Below, piece by piece: positions 8,772 to 18,547 of a stretch of DNA of 50,674 nt. Within the stretch, counting starts at the first letter, position 1; each line of letters begins with the position of its first letter. The stretch spans positions 1-50,674 of the forward strand of contig JBBDRO010000026.1 in NCBI GenBank assembly GCA_040905425.1, in the 5' to 3' direction. Source of the stretch: Gemmatimonadota bacterium (GTDB lineage Bacteria; Gemmatimonadota; Gemmatimonadetes; Longimicrobiales; RSA9). A program made the translations under genes and the position numbers. Below the pieces are notes generated by a model. That model did not search any database and had not been told where the DNA came from. It saw only the letters and a program-made list of their open reading frames with translations.

Positions 8772-9650
8772 CTAGAACCAGCTGTTCGTGGCCGTGGCGG
8801 CAATCTGCCGCAACGTGGCATCGCGCTCGGCCACCGCACTGAGGTGGTAGCCGTTGATGACGGGGTCCGCCGGCGCCCAGTCCAGCGCCGCGCCCGTGGT
8901 CCGGGTGATGGCCTCCAGCGCCGCCAGGCGGGACATGGCGTCGCCCGTGCGTGGCTCGCCGGCCAGCTCCGCGTACAGGGTGAGGGCGCTCACGTAGTTC
9001 TGCTCCGCCAGGCGCAGCCACGCCTCCGCCTCCTCCACCGAACGCGGCTCGAAGCTGGCGTAGCGCTGCGGCCCCGCGCCGGCAGGCGCGGCTCGCGGCC
9101 CGGCGCGCCCCGCCGCGTTACCGGCCGCGGCGCTGCGGCTCTCCTCCTGGATGGCGGCCAGGCGGGCGGCGTTCTCGGCTGCCGCGGAGCCCGGCCGGGG
9201 GGTGGCGTCCATGGGGTCGACGGCCGCGGGGGTGGCGGATGCGTCGGGCGCGGCGTCTTCCGGCGGGGACGCGGCCGGCGCGAAGGTCGCTTCCGGAGTA
9301 TCGGTCGTGGCCAGCCGTGCCGGCTGGCTGCCGTCCAGCAGCAGCACCGACGAGGCGGCACCCGCAAGAAAGACCACGAGCGCGGCGGCCAGGCGGAGCA
9401 GCGCGGCCGGCCAGCGCCGCGCGCCGCGGCCGCCGCCGAGGAGGCCCTCATCGAGCAGGCGCCGCTCCAGGGCGGGCCAGGCATGCTCGGGCAGCGCGGG
9501 TTCGGGTAGCACGCCGAGCGCCGTCGTGGTGCCGTGCAACTCCTCCAGTTCGGCGCTGCAGTGAGCGCAGCCGCGCAGGTGGGCCGCCTCTGTTTCCGCG
9601 GGCTGCTCATCCACGAGCCGCGCCAGGGTCTCAAGCGTGAGATGGGACAT
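8772..9650 (-). CDS. Anti-sigma factor (ZAS-type) with TM helix and periplasmic domain
   Basis: HLRGCAHC = HxxxCxxC; TM helix LLRLAAALVVFLAGAASSVLL; overlaps the 3' end of the sigma gene. Confidence 0.85.
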   Translation of the reverse strand: MSHLTLETLARLVDEQPAETEAAHLRGCAHCSAELEELHGTTTALGVLPEPALPEHAWPALERRLLDEGLLGGGRGARRWPAALLRLAAALVVFLAGAASSVLLLDGSQPARLATTDTPEATFAPAASPPEDAAPDASATPAAVDPMDATPRPGSAAAENAARLAAIQEESRSAAAGNAAGRAGPRAAPAGAGPQRYASFEPRSVEEAEAWLRLAEQNYVSALTLYAELAGEPRTGDAMSRLAALEAITRTTGAALDWAPADPVINGYHLSAVAERDATLRQIAATATNSWF

Positions 9651-10194
9651 ACTTCGCCTCTCCATCATCCGGTTCGGCCCGCTCGGTGAGCAGCTCACGG
9701 AGGCGGGCGCGTGCCTTGAACAACTGACTCTTCGAGGTGCCCGCGGCCACGCCGAGGGTCTCGCCGATCTCTTCGTGCGTGTAGCCTTCCACGTCGTGCA
9801 GGATCAGGACGCGCCGCATGCCCTCGGGGAGCTGATCCACGGCGTGCGCCAGCGTCATGCGCAGCTCGGTGCCCTCCGCCCGGCCGTGAGTGGGCAGGGC
9901 CACGGGCAGCGGGATCTCGTGGCGCACGCGCCGCTCGCGCCAGCGCCGTCCATGCAGCGCCGCGTTCACCGCGATGCGGTGGATCCAGGTGGAGAACTTT
10001 GCGTCACCCCGGAAACCGGGCAGCGCGCGCAGCGCGCGCACCCACGCCTCCTGGGCGTAGTCCTCCGCCAGGGCATCGCACCCCGCCAGCCGGCGGGTCA
10101 CGGCGTAGACGCGCGGGGCGTGCAGACGGTAGAGCTCGCGTATCGCCGCGTCATCGCCCTGCCCGGCCCGCCGGATCAGCTCCTGCTCATTCAT
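9631..10194 (-). CDS. ECF RNA polymerase sigma factor
   Basis: AEDYAQEAWVRA...FSTWIHRIAVNAAL and LHDVEGYTHEEIGETLGVAAGTSKSQLFKAR; GGAGGAG RBS upstream of 10194. Confidence 0.95.
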   Translation of the reverse strand: MNEQELIRRAGQGDDAAIRELYRLHAPRVYAVTRRLAGCDALAEDYAQEAWVRALRALPGFRGDAKFSTWIHRIAVNAALHGRRWRERRVRHEIPLPVALPTHGRAEGTELRMTLAHAVDQLPEGMRRVLILHDVEGYTHEEIGETLGVAAGTSKSQLFKARARLRELLTERAEPDDGEAKYVPSHA

Positions 10195-10215
10195 GCTCCT
10201 CCCGACGTGTGCCCT

Positions 10216-10244
10216 TCTGATCCCCGCCGCGCCCCCAGGGTTGC
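10216..10244 (-). promoter_or_regulatory. Putative autoregulatory ECF promoter
   Basis: GCAACC-N16-GATCAGA on the minus strand, ending about 20 nt before the sigma start codon. Confidence 0.55.
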
Positions 10245-10292
10245 TCGCACCTCCAAGGTTGCCGCCTCTCCAGGGGTGCCCGCGCCCGGCGT

Positions 10293-10320
10293 GGAACTTG
10301 CTCCCGCCGCCCCGGTTGGT
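10293..10320 (+). promoter_or_regulatory. Putative ECF promoter for the PAP2 gene
   Basis: GGAACT-N16-GTTGGT. Confidence 0.45.
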
Positions 10321-10349
10321 GACACCCTGCACGAGATGAGGAGCACGTG

Positions 10350-11192
10350 ATGGCGCGGGACGTGGCACGCCGGCTCCGGCCGGCCGGGACGGCGCTCGCC
10401 TTATGGCTATGCATGTTGGCGGCGGCGCCCGCCGCGGGCCAGGAGCGGGCCTGGGAGGATGACCTGGATGACCTGACGGATGACGTGGTGGACGTCTGGA
10501 CCTCCCCCTTCCGCGCCGACGCGGAGGACGCGCTGCGCCTGGTGGCGCACGGCGCGGTGTTCGCCGGGCTCTATGCGGCGGACGGCGCCATCCAGGATTG
10601 GCTCCGCACTCACGCGGACGCGCCCTACGTTGGCTGGCTGGCTGTGGCGGGCCACGAGAGCCCCCTCAACCTGGTGGGCCGCACGCACGTCATATCCAGC
10701 ACAGGGGCGTTGGTCTGGCTGGTGGGGGTACTGGCCGAGAAGGACGCTCTACGCGACGCCGGCCTCGGCTGCGTCACCGCGAACCTGGCTACGACGCTGT
10801 CCCGCGTGGCGCTGGCCAACCTGGTGAACCGGGCGCGCCCGGAGACGGGACGGGGCCCGCGCGTCTGGGACGTGCCGGGCTTCGGACCCTGGGAGATGCG
10901 CTCCTTCCCCGGCGGGCACGCGGGCAACGGCATGAGCTGCGCCTCCTTCCTGGCCAACCGCTTCGAGTGGGGTGCGGTGGAGCCGGCCATATATGCGCTG
11001 GCGGGCTCCATGGGTATGGCCCGGGTGCGCGACGAGGCCCACTGGACCTCGGACACCTTCGTGGGCATGGCATGGGGCTGGCACGTGGGGCGCGCGGTGG
11101 CCGACCGCTTCCTGGCGCGTGAGGAGCGGCGCGCCGTGGAGGGCGCGCGGGCGCTGCCCGGGGTGATGCTCGGCGCGCGGGTACACTTCTAG
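10350..11192 (+). CDS. PAP2-family phosphatase, exported
   Basis: Three PAP2 motifs: RARP, SFPGGHA and ARVRDEAHWTSD; signal peptide ending AAG|Q. Confidence 0.88.
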   Translation: MARDVARRLRPAGTALALWLCMLAAAPAAGQERAWEDDLDDLTDDVVDVWTSPFRADAEDALRLVAHGAVFAGLYAADGAIQDWLRTHADAPYVGWLAVAGHESPLNLVGRTHVISSTGALVWLVGVLAEKDALRDAGLGCVTANLATTLSRVALANLVNRARPETGRGPRVWDVPGFGPWEMRSFPGGHAGNGMSCASFLANRFEWGAVEPAIYALAGSMGMARVRDEAHWTSDTFVGMAWGWHVGRAVADRFLAREERRAVEGARALPGVMLGARVHF

Positions 11193-11238
11193 CCGTGCGT
11201 GGCCCCATCAGGGACGATTCTGCAGGAGGTGAGCCGTG

Positions 11239-11511
11239 ATGACGTGGCGCACGTTGGAAGCCGATGGGTGCGAGTGGCAGGTGCGCGCGGTGCCCCGCCC
11301 GGAGGAGGGTGGCCAGGACGAGCCGGACAGGGACGAGGTGCTGGAGTTCCGCACCGCGGAGGGCACCCGCCCGCCGCGGCGCCTGGCGGTGCGGGCGGGA
11401 GCGCTGGCGAACATGGACGAAGGGGCGCTGCGGGCGGCGTACCTGCAGGCCCGTCCGATCGGTGGGGATCACTACGGCCGGCCGGGCAAGACCATGTCGG
11501 ACATGCGCTAG
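11239..11511 (+). CDS. Hypothetical protein (90 aa)
   Basis: GGAGGT RBS; coding-like sequence TWRTLEADGCEWQVRAV...VLEFRT. Confidence 0.7.
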   Translation: MTWRTLEADGCEWQVRAVPRPEEGGQDEPDRDEVLEFRTAEGTRPPRRLAVRAGALANMDEGALRAAYLQARPIGGDHYGRPGKTMSDMR

Positions 11512-11677
11512 GGCGGCGGTCGGCGCGGCCGTGGCAGAGCGCGGGCGGGACAGGTTGCCCCGCGCCTTGCCGTGAGCGGACGCACCGCCCACACTGAGCG
11601 GCACCGGCGCGCGTCGGGCGCGCCGGGCCGCCGGCGCGGCTGCGCCGCGGCCGCTCGACCCTGGCAAGTGACCGGCA

Positions 11678-12850
11678 ATGACCGCCTCCGTGATGCCCGG
11701 CGCCACGCACCTGGAGTGCACGCGCTGCGGCAAGCAGTACGATAGCCAGACCCTGCACCGCCTCTCCCCCTGCTGTGCCAAACCCCTCTACGCTCGCTAT
11801 GACCTGGACGCCATACAGGCGGACTTCACGCCGGCGGCGCTGCATGGGCGGGAGCCTACACTGTGGCGCTATGCCGAGGTGCTCCCCGTGCGCGATCCGG
11901 CGCACCGCATCTCCCTGGGCGAGGGCTACACCCCGCTGCTGGACGCGCCCCGCCTGGCGGCGCGCCTGGGCATGGAACGCGTGTGGCTCAAGGACGAGGG
12001 GCTGAATCCCACGGCCAGCTTCAAGGCACGCGGCCTCTGCCTGGCCGTCTCGCGGGCCAGCGAACTCGGCGTGCGTGAGGTGGCGCTGCCCACGGCCGGC
12101 AACGCCGGCTCCGCCACGGCCGCCTACGCCGCCGCCGCCGGGCTCACCGCCCACGTGGTGGCGCCCGCGGACACGCCGCGCGTGATCGTGGAGGAGATGC
12201 GCGCGTTGGGGGCCGACCTGGAGCTCATCGACGGCCTCATCACCGATGCCGGCCGGCGGGTGGCGGAAGGCGCCGCCGAGCACGGCTGGTTCGACCTCTC
12301 CACGCTCAAGGAGCCCTACCGCGTGGAGGGCAAGAAGACCATGGGCTACGAGCTCTTCGAGCAGCTCGGTGGCCGCCTGCCCGACACCATCGTGTATCCC
12401 ACGGGCGGGGGCACGGGGCTGGTGGGCATGTGGAAGGCCTTCGACGAGATGGAGCAACTGGGCTGGATCGGCGCGGCGCGCCCGCGCATGATCAGCGTGC
12501 AGGCCGAGGGCTGCGCCCCCATCGTGCGCGCCTGGGAGGCGGGCGCCGCGGACGCCGAGCCGTGGCAGAACGCCACCACGTACGCGGCCGGGCTGCGGGT
12601 GCCGCAGGCGGTGGGGGACTTCCTCATCCTGGACGCGGTGCGCGCGTCCGGCGGGGCGGCCGTGGCCGTCCCCGACGCGGCCATGGCCGAGTGGGTGCTG
12701 GCCATCGGCGCCGACACCGGCGTGTTCGCGGCGCCGGAAGGCGGGGCGACGGCGGCCGCCCTGCCGGCGCTGCGCGAGCGCGGGCTCCTGCAGCCGGACG
12801 AGGAGACCGTCCTCTTCATCACGGGGAGCGGGCTCAAGTACGTGCCCTGA
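11678..12850 (+). CDS. thrC: Threonine synthase (PLP-dependent)
   Basis: SLGEGYTPL, KDEGLNPTASFKARG (PLP lysine), EGKKTMGYE, YPTGGG and ITGSGLKY. Confidence 0.9.
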   Translation: MTASVMPGATHLECTRCGKQYDSQTLHRLSPCCAKPLYARYDLDAIQADFTPAALHGREPTLWRYAEVLPVRDPAHRISLGEGYTPLLDAPRLAARLGMERVWLKDEGLNPTASFKARGLCLAVSRASELGVREVALPTAGNAGSATAAYAAAAGLTAHVVAPADTPRVIVEEMRALGADLELIDGLITDAGRRVAEGAAEHGWFDLSTLKEPYRVEGKKTMGYELFEQLGGRLPDTIVYPTGGGTGLVGMWKAFDEMEQLGWIGAARPRMISVQAEGCAPIVRAWEAGAADAEPWQNATTYAAGLRVPQAVGDFLILDAVRASGGAAVAVPDAAMAEWVLAIGADTGVFAAPEGGATAAALPALRERGLLQPDEETVLFITGSGLKYVP

Positions 12851-12931
12851 CAGGCACTGCCGGCTGGACCGTGAGCCCTCCCGCCGAAGGGGTAGGCCGC
12901 CGCGGCACGGGGCGTGCTCGTAGCTCCTGGC

Positions 12932-14155
12932 ATGTGGCGCAACGCGATACGACGGAGTGGTGTACGGCCCGGCGGAACTACCGCCCTGGCGGCCCTGCTG
13001 GTGGCCGTGCTCCTGGGCGCGGCGTTCCTGCTGGAAGTGCCCGACCATTCGCTCGGTGGGATGGAGCTGGTCATCCGGGCGGGGGACGATTCGTGGGCCA
13101 CGGCCCTCTCCGTGGAGGTGCCCGATTCGGCCCGGCGCGCGGCCGCCAACCCCGGGCGGGTGCCGCTCGTGCTGGGCGTGCGCAACGCCGGTCCGCGGCC
13201 GGGCGCCGCGGCGCGCCTCCGCGTGCACGTGCCCCCTCGCTTCCGGCTGGTCGACCGCCGGGGGGAGCCGTATCCCTACGACGTGCCGCTTGGCGAGGCG
13301 CTGACCCGCTATGCGTTCGAGTTGGAGCCGCGCCTGCTGCCCGTGGACGATACGGTGCGCGGGCTGCCGCCCCTGGACACGCTCTGGCTGGAGCCCTGGC
13401 TGCCCGACTGGACGTGCCAGCTGCAGGCGGGTGGGGTGCCGGAGTTCGTGCCGGCGCCCGCACAGGCCGCCGGGTCGTTGGCGCGGGCCAAACTTTTCTG
13501 GGTGCTGGAGGGTTCGGGTCAGGGGCGCCAGGCGGGGAACCTGACGTTGCACTATGATACCACGCTGGTGTCCCAGCGCACGCCGGCCCGGCCGCCGCTC
13601 TATCCCACGGAGCTCCGGGAGCCGCGGCTGCCGCCGCCGGACCTGGGTATGCTCCGCGGCGTGGGTGCCCGCCACGTGCTGTGCGGGGACCCCGAGCGGC
13701 CGGTGGCGCTCACGTCCCGTATGTGGGAGACGGCATCCGGCGGTCGGGTCATCGAGGTCTTCACGGCGCAGGGACCGCACAAGCGGCTCTTCGACCTGGA
13801 CCGGGACAGCGTCGTGGAGATGGAGATGTGGGATCCGGACGGGGACGGTGACTTCGAGGCACGGCGTGCCGCCCGCTTCCCCATCCCCGGGTTCCTGTTG
13901 CCGCGTCCCGAAGCGGTGGACACCGCGGCCAGCGCGGCGGCCGACAGTCTGGGACTCGGCGGAGCGGGCTTCCCCGGGGCCCGGGACACGGCGGCCGCCA
14001 GCACGACGGGCGCCGACACGGCGGTCGCGGACACGGTGGCCGCGGACACCGCCGCAGCGCCGCCGCAGCCGCGGCGGCGGGGGCCGGTGGGCACCCCGGT
14101 GCCACCCCCGGGGACGGGGGGCACGGCAAGCCACACCACTCGAACGGGAATGTGA
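12932..14155 (+). CDS. Hypothetical membrane-anchored exported protein
   Basis: N-terminal TM helix; DLDRD and DPDGDGDFE Ca-binding-like motifs; D-T/S-rich low-complexity tail. Start uncertain. Confidence 0.7.
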   Translation: MWRNAIRRSGVRPGGTTALAALLVAVLLGAAFLLEVPDHSLGGMELVIRAGDDSWATALSVEVPDSARRAAANPGRVPLVLGVRNAGPRPGAAARLRVHVPPRFRLVDRRGEPYPYDVPLGEALTRYAFELEPRLLPVDDTVRGLPPLDTLWLEPWLPDWTCQLQAGGVPEFVPAPAQAAGSLARAKLFWVLEGSGQGRQAGNLTLHYDTTLVSQRTPARPPLYPTELREPRLPPPDLGMLRGVGARHVLCGDPERPVALTSRMWETASGGRVIEVFTAQGPHKRLFDLDRDSVVEMEMWDPDGDGDFEARRAARFPIPGFLLPRPEAVDTAASAAADSLGLGGAGFPGARDTAAASTTGADTAVADTVAADTAAAPPQPRRRGPVGTPVPPPGTGGTASHTTRTGM

Positions 14156-14157
14156 GC

Positions 14158-14541
14158 ATGAAGGAAGCCGATCGTAAGCAGATTGAGCAGCGTCTCCAGG
14201 CGGAGCGCGAACGGGCGCTGGCGGATCTGCGGGAGCTGGACGCCGACGTGGCCGATGACGCGGAGATGGCCGGCGAGCTGAGCAACTATCCGCAGCACCT
14301 GGCCGACGAGGGCACGGCCAACCAGCAGGCCGAGAAGGACCTCATGCTCCTGGGCAAGGAGGGTGAGCGCCTCTACGACATCGACGAGGCCCTGCGCCGG
14401 CTCTACCGCACACCGGAGCTGTTCGGCCATTGCGAGGAGTGCAACAAGGAGATCGTGCTGGAGCGCCTGGAGTTGGTTCCCTGGGTTCGCTACTGCCTGG
14501 AGCACCAGGCGCAGCACGAGCAGGAGACGCGACCCACCTGA
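14158..14541 (+). CDS. DksA/TraR family zinc-finger protein
   Basis: Coiled coil with HLADEGT tip, IDEALRRL...FGHCEECNKEI...RLELVPWVRYCLEH. Confidence 0.88.
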   Translation: MKEADRKQIEQRLQAERERALADLRELDADVADDAEMAGELSNYPQHLADEGTANQQAEKDLMLLGKEGERLYDIDEALRRLYRTPELFGHCEECNKEIVLERLELVPWVRYCLEHQAQHEQETRPT

Positions 14542-14632
14542 GCGCCGGGGGGCGGCGGCGGTCATGCTCACCCGTTGCCCGCCCCCTCCCCGCTCGCCAC
14601 ATTTCCCCCGTACCCCTCAGGAGCCCAGCAGC

Positions 14633-14869
14633 ATGACCTCCATCCTCTTCCTGGCCGCCGCCGCCCTGGTGATCGCGGGTGGGCTGGCGGCCCGCCGGCG
14701 TGTGGAGGAGGCCCGGGAGAGCCGGCGCGGGCTGGCCGACGAGGACATCCGCCGCATCGAGGAGGGGGGCTGGGTGGAGCTGGACGAGCCGCTGGACCTG
14801 GACGAGGCGCGCGCGGAGGAGGAGCAATTCTGGGAGGAAACGTGGGACGAACCCGAGGACCCGTTCTGA
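14633..14869 (+). CDS. Small membrane-anchored acidic hypothetical protein (78 aa)
   Basis: AGGAG RBS; N-terminal TM helix; acidic Trp-rich tail EEQFWEETWDEPE. Confidence 0.7.
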   Translation: MTSILFLAAAALVIAGGLAARRRVEEARESRRGLADEDIRRIEEGGWVELDEPLDLDEARAEEEQFWEETWDEPEDPF

Positions 14870-14886
14870 GCGGGGAGCGCCGTACT

Positions 14887-16593
14887 GTGAGAGCGTCCAG
14901 CGCGCGGGCGATCACACGCGCGCGCGGGCTGCGGGCCCTGCTGCTGGCGCTGGCGCTGGCGGCGGCCGGCCCGCTGGCCGCGCCCGCGGCGGCCCAGCAG
15001 TATGACGTGCTCATCCGCGGCGGCACTGTGGTGGACGGCACGGGCACGCCCGCCTTCGCGGCCGACGTGGCCATCTCCGGGGACCGTATCGTGGCCGTGG
15101 CGCGGGACGGTATCCCCGCCGAGCGGGCGCGCCGCGTCATCAATGCCTCCGGCCTGGTGGTGGCGCCCGGCTTCGTGGACGCCCACGCCCACGCGGAGGG
15201 TCTGGACACGCGGCCGCTGGCGGAAAGCTTCCTGCGCCAGGGCGTCACCACGCTCATCTACGCCGCGGACGGCGGCATGCCGTGGCCGCTGGGCGAGCAC
15301 ATCGCCGCGCTGGAGGCCGCTGGCTTCGCGCCCAATACCGCCTTCTTCGCGGGGCACAACACCATCCGCCGCGCCGTCATGGGCAATGACGACCGCGCGC
15401 CCACGGCCGCCGAGCTCACGGCCATGAAGGAGCGCGTGGCGCGCGCCATGGAGGAGGGCGCCATCGGCCTCTCCACGGGGCTCCGCTACACGCCGGGCAC
15501 GTACTCGGAGACGGCGGAGGTCATCGAGCTGGCGCGCGTGGCGGCCGCGCGCGGTGGCATCTACAGCTCCCACATCCGCGACGAGGGGGAGGGCGTCTTC
15601 GATGCGGTGGCCGAGGTGGTGCGCATCGCGCGCGAGGCCGGGCTGCCCGCCAACGTGACCCATCACAAGCTGATGGGGCAGCCGCAGTGGGGCCGCGCCG
15701 CCGAGACGCTCGCGCTCATGGACCGGGCGCGCGCCGAGGGGCTGGACGTCACCATGGACCAGTACCCCTACACGGCCACCTCCACGGGCACGGCGGTGCT
15801 CTTCCCGTCGTGGGCGCTGGCCAGCGGGCAGTCGCTCGGCGAGCGGCTGGCGGATCCCGAGCAGCGGGCGCGTATCGAGGAAGAGATGCGGGCCATCATC
15901 CTGGAGGAGCGCGGCGGCGGAGACCTGGCGCGCATCCAGATTGCCTCCTACGGCGCCAGCCCGGCCTGGAACGGCCTGACCTTCGCCGACATCGCGGCCG
16001 AGCGCGGGGAGGAGCCCACGCTGGACTTTGCGGTGGCGCTGGGCCAGGAGATCCAGCTGGCCGGCGGCGCCAGCGGTGTGTGGCACGTCATCGACGAGCC
16101 CGACCTGCGCCGCATCCTGGTCCACCCCTGGGTCATGGTGGGCTCGGACGGCGGCTTCGGCGTGCCGGGCCACGCGCATCCGCATCCGCGCGCCTACGGG
16201 GCGCACGCCCGGGTGCTGGCCCGCTACGTTCGCCAGGAAGGCCTGCTGACGCTCGAGGAGGCGGTGCGCAAGATGACCAGCCTGCCCGCCTGGCGCATGG
16301 GCCAGCCGGAGCGTGGTTTGGTGGCGGAGGGCATGTTCGCGGACCTGGCCGTCTTTAGCGCGGAACGCGTGCAGGACCGGGCCACCTTCGCCGACCCCCA
16401 CAGCTTCAGCGTAGGGGTGGAGTACGTGCTGGTGAATGGCGTGGAGGTGCTGCGCAGCGCCTCCCTCACGGGAGAGAAGCCGGGCCGGGTGCTGCGCCGC
16501 ACGGATCCGGGGCCGTACCGCTGGACAGTGGCGGCGTCCACCCCCACCTTGCCCGGGAACGGGCGGGCGCCGGATGCGTCGCGCGCCCGGTGA
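14887..16593 (+). CDS. N-acyl-D-amino-acid deacylase (D-aminoacylase family), exported
   Basis: YDVLIRGGTVVDGTG, APGFVDAHAH, GLSTGLRY, SHIRDE, DQYPY, GSDG...HPRAYG and EEAVRKMTSLPA; signal peptide ending AAA|QQ. Confidence 0.92.
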   Translation: MRASSARAITRARGLRALLLALALAAAGPLAAPAAAQQYDVLIRGGTVVDGTGTPAFAADVAISGDRIVAVARDGIPAERARRVINASGLVVAPGFVDAHAHAEGLDTRPLAESFLRQGVTTLIYAADGGMPWPLGEHIAALEAAGFAPNTAFFAGHNTIRRAVMGNDDRAPTAAELTAMKERVARAMEEGAIGLSTGLRYTPGTYSETAEVIELARVAAARGGIYSSHIRDEGEGVFDAVAEVVRIAREAGLPANVTHHKLMGQPQWGRAAETLALMDRARAEGLDVTMDQYPYTATSTGTAVLFPSWALASGQSLGERLADPEQRARIEEEMRAIILEERGGGDLARIQIASYGASPAWNGLTFADIAAERGEEPTLDFAVALGQEIQLAGGASGVWHVIDEPDLRRILVHPWVMVGSDGGFGVPGHAHPHPRAYGAHARVLARYVRQEGLLTLEEAVRKMTSLPAWRMGQPERGLVAEGMFADLAVFSAERVQDRATFADPHSFSVGVEYVLVNGVEVLRSASLTGEKPGRVLRRTDPGPYRWTVAASTPTLPGNGRAPDASRAR

Positions 16594-16631
16594 GTCCACG
16601 GGCCTCGTCGCTTAACTCCAGGGAGATGGTC

Positions 16632-17591
16632 ATGGCCGACACGCAAGCTCCCGCCGCCCCGGCGGCCGATGCCACGCCCGAGCGCGTGAGCCGGCCGGTG
16701 GTGCCCGGACTGGACGACGTGCTCGGGCAGCCGTTCCGCGTGCTGGATGACGGCTTCGTTCGGGTGGTGGACTACATGGGTGACGACCACGCCATCGTGC
16801 AGGCGGCGCGCGTCTCCTACGGCGCCGGCACCAAGACGGTCCGCCAGGACCGCGGCCTCATCCGCTACCTGCTGCGCCACCGCCACACCACGCCCTTCGA
16901 GATGTGTGAGGTGAAACTGCACGTGCGCGTGCCCATGGACACGTGGCGGCAGTGGATCCGCCACCGCACCGCCAACGTGAACGAGTATTCCACGCGCTAC
17001 TCCATTGCCATCGACGCGGCGCAGGCCACCCCGCCGGAAGAGTGGCGCTCCCAGTCGGCGGACAACAAGCAGGGCAGCGGCGCGGCGCTGGACGCCGCCA
17101 CCGGCGCCCGCCTGAGCGAGCGCGAGCGGGAGCTGCAGCGCTTTGCCCGGGAGATCTACGACGAGCGGCTGGAGGCGGGGGTGGCCCGCGAGCAGGCGCG
17201 CAAGGACCTGCCGCTGTCCACCTACACGGAGGCCTACTGGAAGGTGGACCTCCACAATCTGCTCCACTTCCTGGAGCTGCGCATGCACGCGCACGCGCAA
17301 TTCGAGATTCGCGCGTACGCCCGCACCATCGGAGAGCAGATCGTGGCCCGCTGGGTGCCGCTCGCCTGGGAGGCGTTCCTGGACTACCACGTGGGTGGGG
17401 TGGAGCTGTCCGCGGCGGCCGCCGACGTGCTGGCGGCGCTGCACCGCGGCGGGAGCGCGGCCGCGCTGGCGTGCGCGGAGGAGCGCGGCCTGGTCACGCG
17501 TAGCGCGGAGGGCGGCCCGAAGCCGGGGCGGGAGGCACGCGAGCTGGAGCCGTTGTTGGAGCGGCTCGGGGCGGAGGTGCCGTGGAAGTAG
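16632..17591 (+). CDS. thyX: FAD-dependent thymidylate synthase
   Basis: AARVSY, HTTPFE, ThyX motif RHRTANVNEYSTRY, REQARKDLP and HAQFEIR. Confidence 0.95.
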   Translation: MADTQAPAAPAADATPERVSRPVVPGLDDVLGQPFRVLDDGFVRVVDYMGDDHAIVQAARVSYGAGTKTVRQDRGLIRYLLRHRHTTPFEMCEVKLHVRVPMDTWRQWIRHRTANVNEYSTRYSIAIDAAQATPPEEWRSQSADNKQGSGAALDAATGARLSERERELQRFAREIYDERLEAGVAREQARKDLPLSTYTEAYWKVDLHNLLHFLELRMHAHAQFEIRAYARTIGEQIVARWVPLAWEAFLDYHVGGVELSAAAADVLAALHRGGSAAALACAEERGLVTRSAEGGPKPGREARELEPLLERLGAEVPWK

Positions 17592-18547
17592 ATCTGCTGC
17601 TGGTACCCTATGACTCCGGGCTGCGCGCCACCCGCATGGGGCGGGGCCCCGCACGGCTGGTGGAGTCCGGCCTGATCGAAGGGCTGGCCCGCGCCGGCAG
17701 CCGGGGGCGCATCCACAGCCTGGAGACGCAGCGTCTGGAGAGCCGCTCGGAGGTGCCCGCCGAGATCGCCACGACCTTCGAACTGGCGCGACGCCTGTCG
17801 GAGGCGGTGGCGGCCGCCTGGGACGCGGGGCGGCTGCCCACCGTGCTGGCGGGCAACTGCTTCAGCGCGCTGGGCACGGTGGCGGGGCTCGGCGCCGGTG
17901 CCACGGCGGTCATCTGGTTCGACGCGCACGGTGACCTGAACACGCCCAGCACCACCACCAGCGGTTTTCTGGACGGCATGGCGCTGGCCACGCTCATGGG
18001 CTACGCCTGGGACGCCATGGCCCGCGCGGTGCCGGGCTACTCGCCGGTGGCCGCCACCGACGTGCTGCTGGTGGGCGCCCGTGACCTGGACCCGCCCGAG
18101 GTGGAGGCGCTGGCCGCGTGGGGCATCCACCACGTCAGCGTGGAGCAGCTGCGCAAGGCCGGCCCGGCCGCCTTCATGGCCGAGGTGGCCAGCGCCTTCG
18201 GCCCCTGGGTGGACCGTGCCTACATCCACGTGGACCTGGACGTGCTGGATCCCGCCGAGGGGCGGGCCAACCACCTCTCGGTGCCGGGCGGCCTCACGGC
18301 GGCCGAGGTGGTGGAGGCCATCGAGGGGGTGGGGCAGCACCTGCATCTGGGCGCGCTGGGCCTGACCTCCTACGACCCGGCGGTGGATCCCTCCCGGGCA
18401 ATCCCCGAGGCGGCCGGCCAGATCCTGCGCGGCTTCGTGCGCGCCGCCGATGACCAGTCCGACGACATCCGCCTGCGCCCTGATTCGCCCGTGCACCGGG
18501 GCGGGCCCAAACGCCCGCCGCCGCCCCCTGAACCAACCGCCGAATGA
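17582..18547 (+). CDS. Arginase/ureohydrolase family protein
   Basis: WFDAHGDLNTP...SGFLDGM and HVDLDVLDP; GNC in place of the canonical GDH. Confidence 0.88.
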   Translation: MEVDLLLVPYDSGLRATRMGRGPARLVESGLIEGLARAGSRGRIHSLETQRLESRSEVPAEIATTFELARRLSEAVAAAWDAGRLPTVLAGNCFSALGTVAGLGAGATAVIWFDAHGDLNTPSTTTSGFLDGMALATLMGYAWDAMARAVPGYSPVAATDVLLVGARDLDPPEVEALAAWGIHHVSVEQLRKAGPAAFMAEVASAFGPWVDRAYIHVDLDVLDPAEGRANHLSVPGGLTAAEVVEAIEGVGQHLHLGALGLTSYDPAVDPSRAIPEAAGQILRGFVRAADDQSDDIRLRPDSPVHRGGPKRPPPPPEPTAE

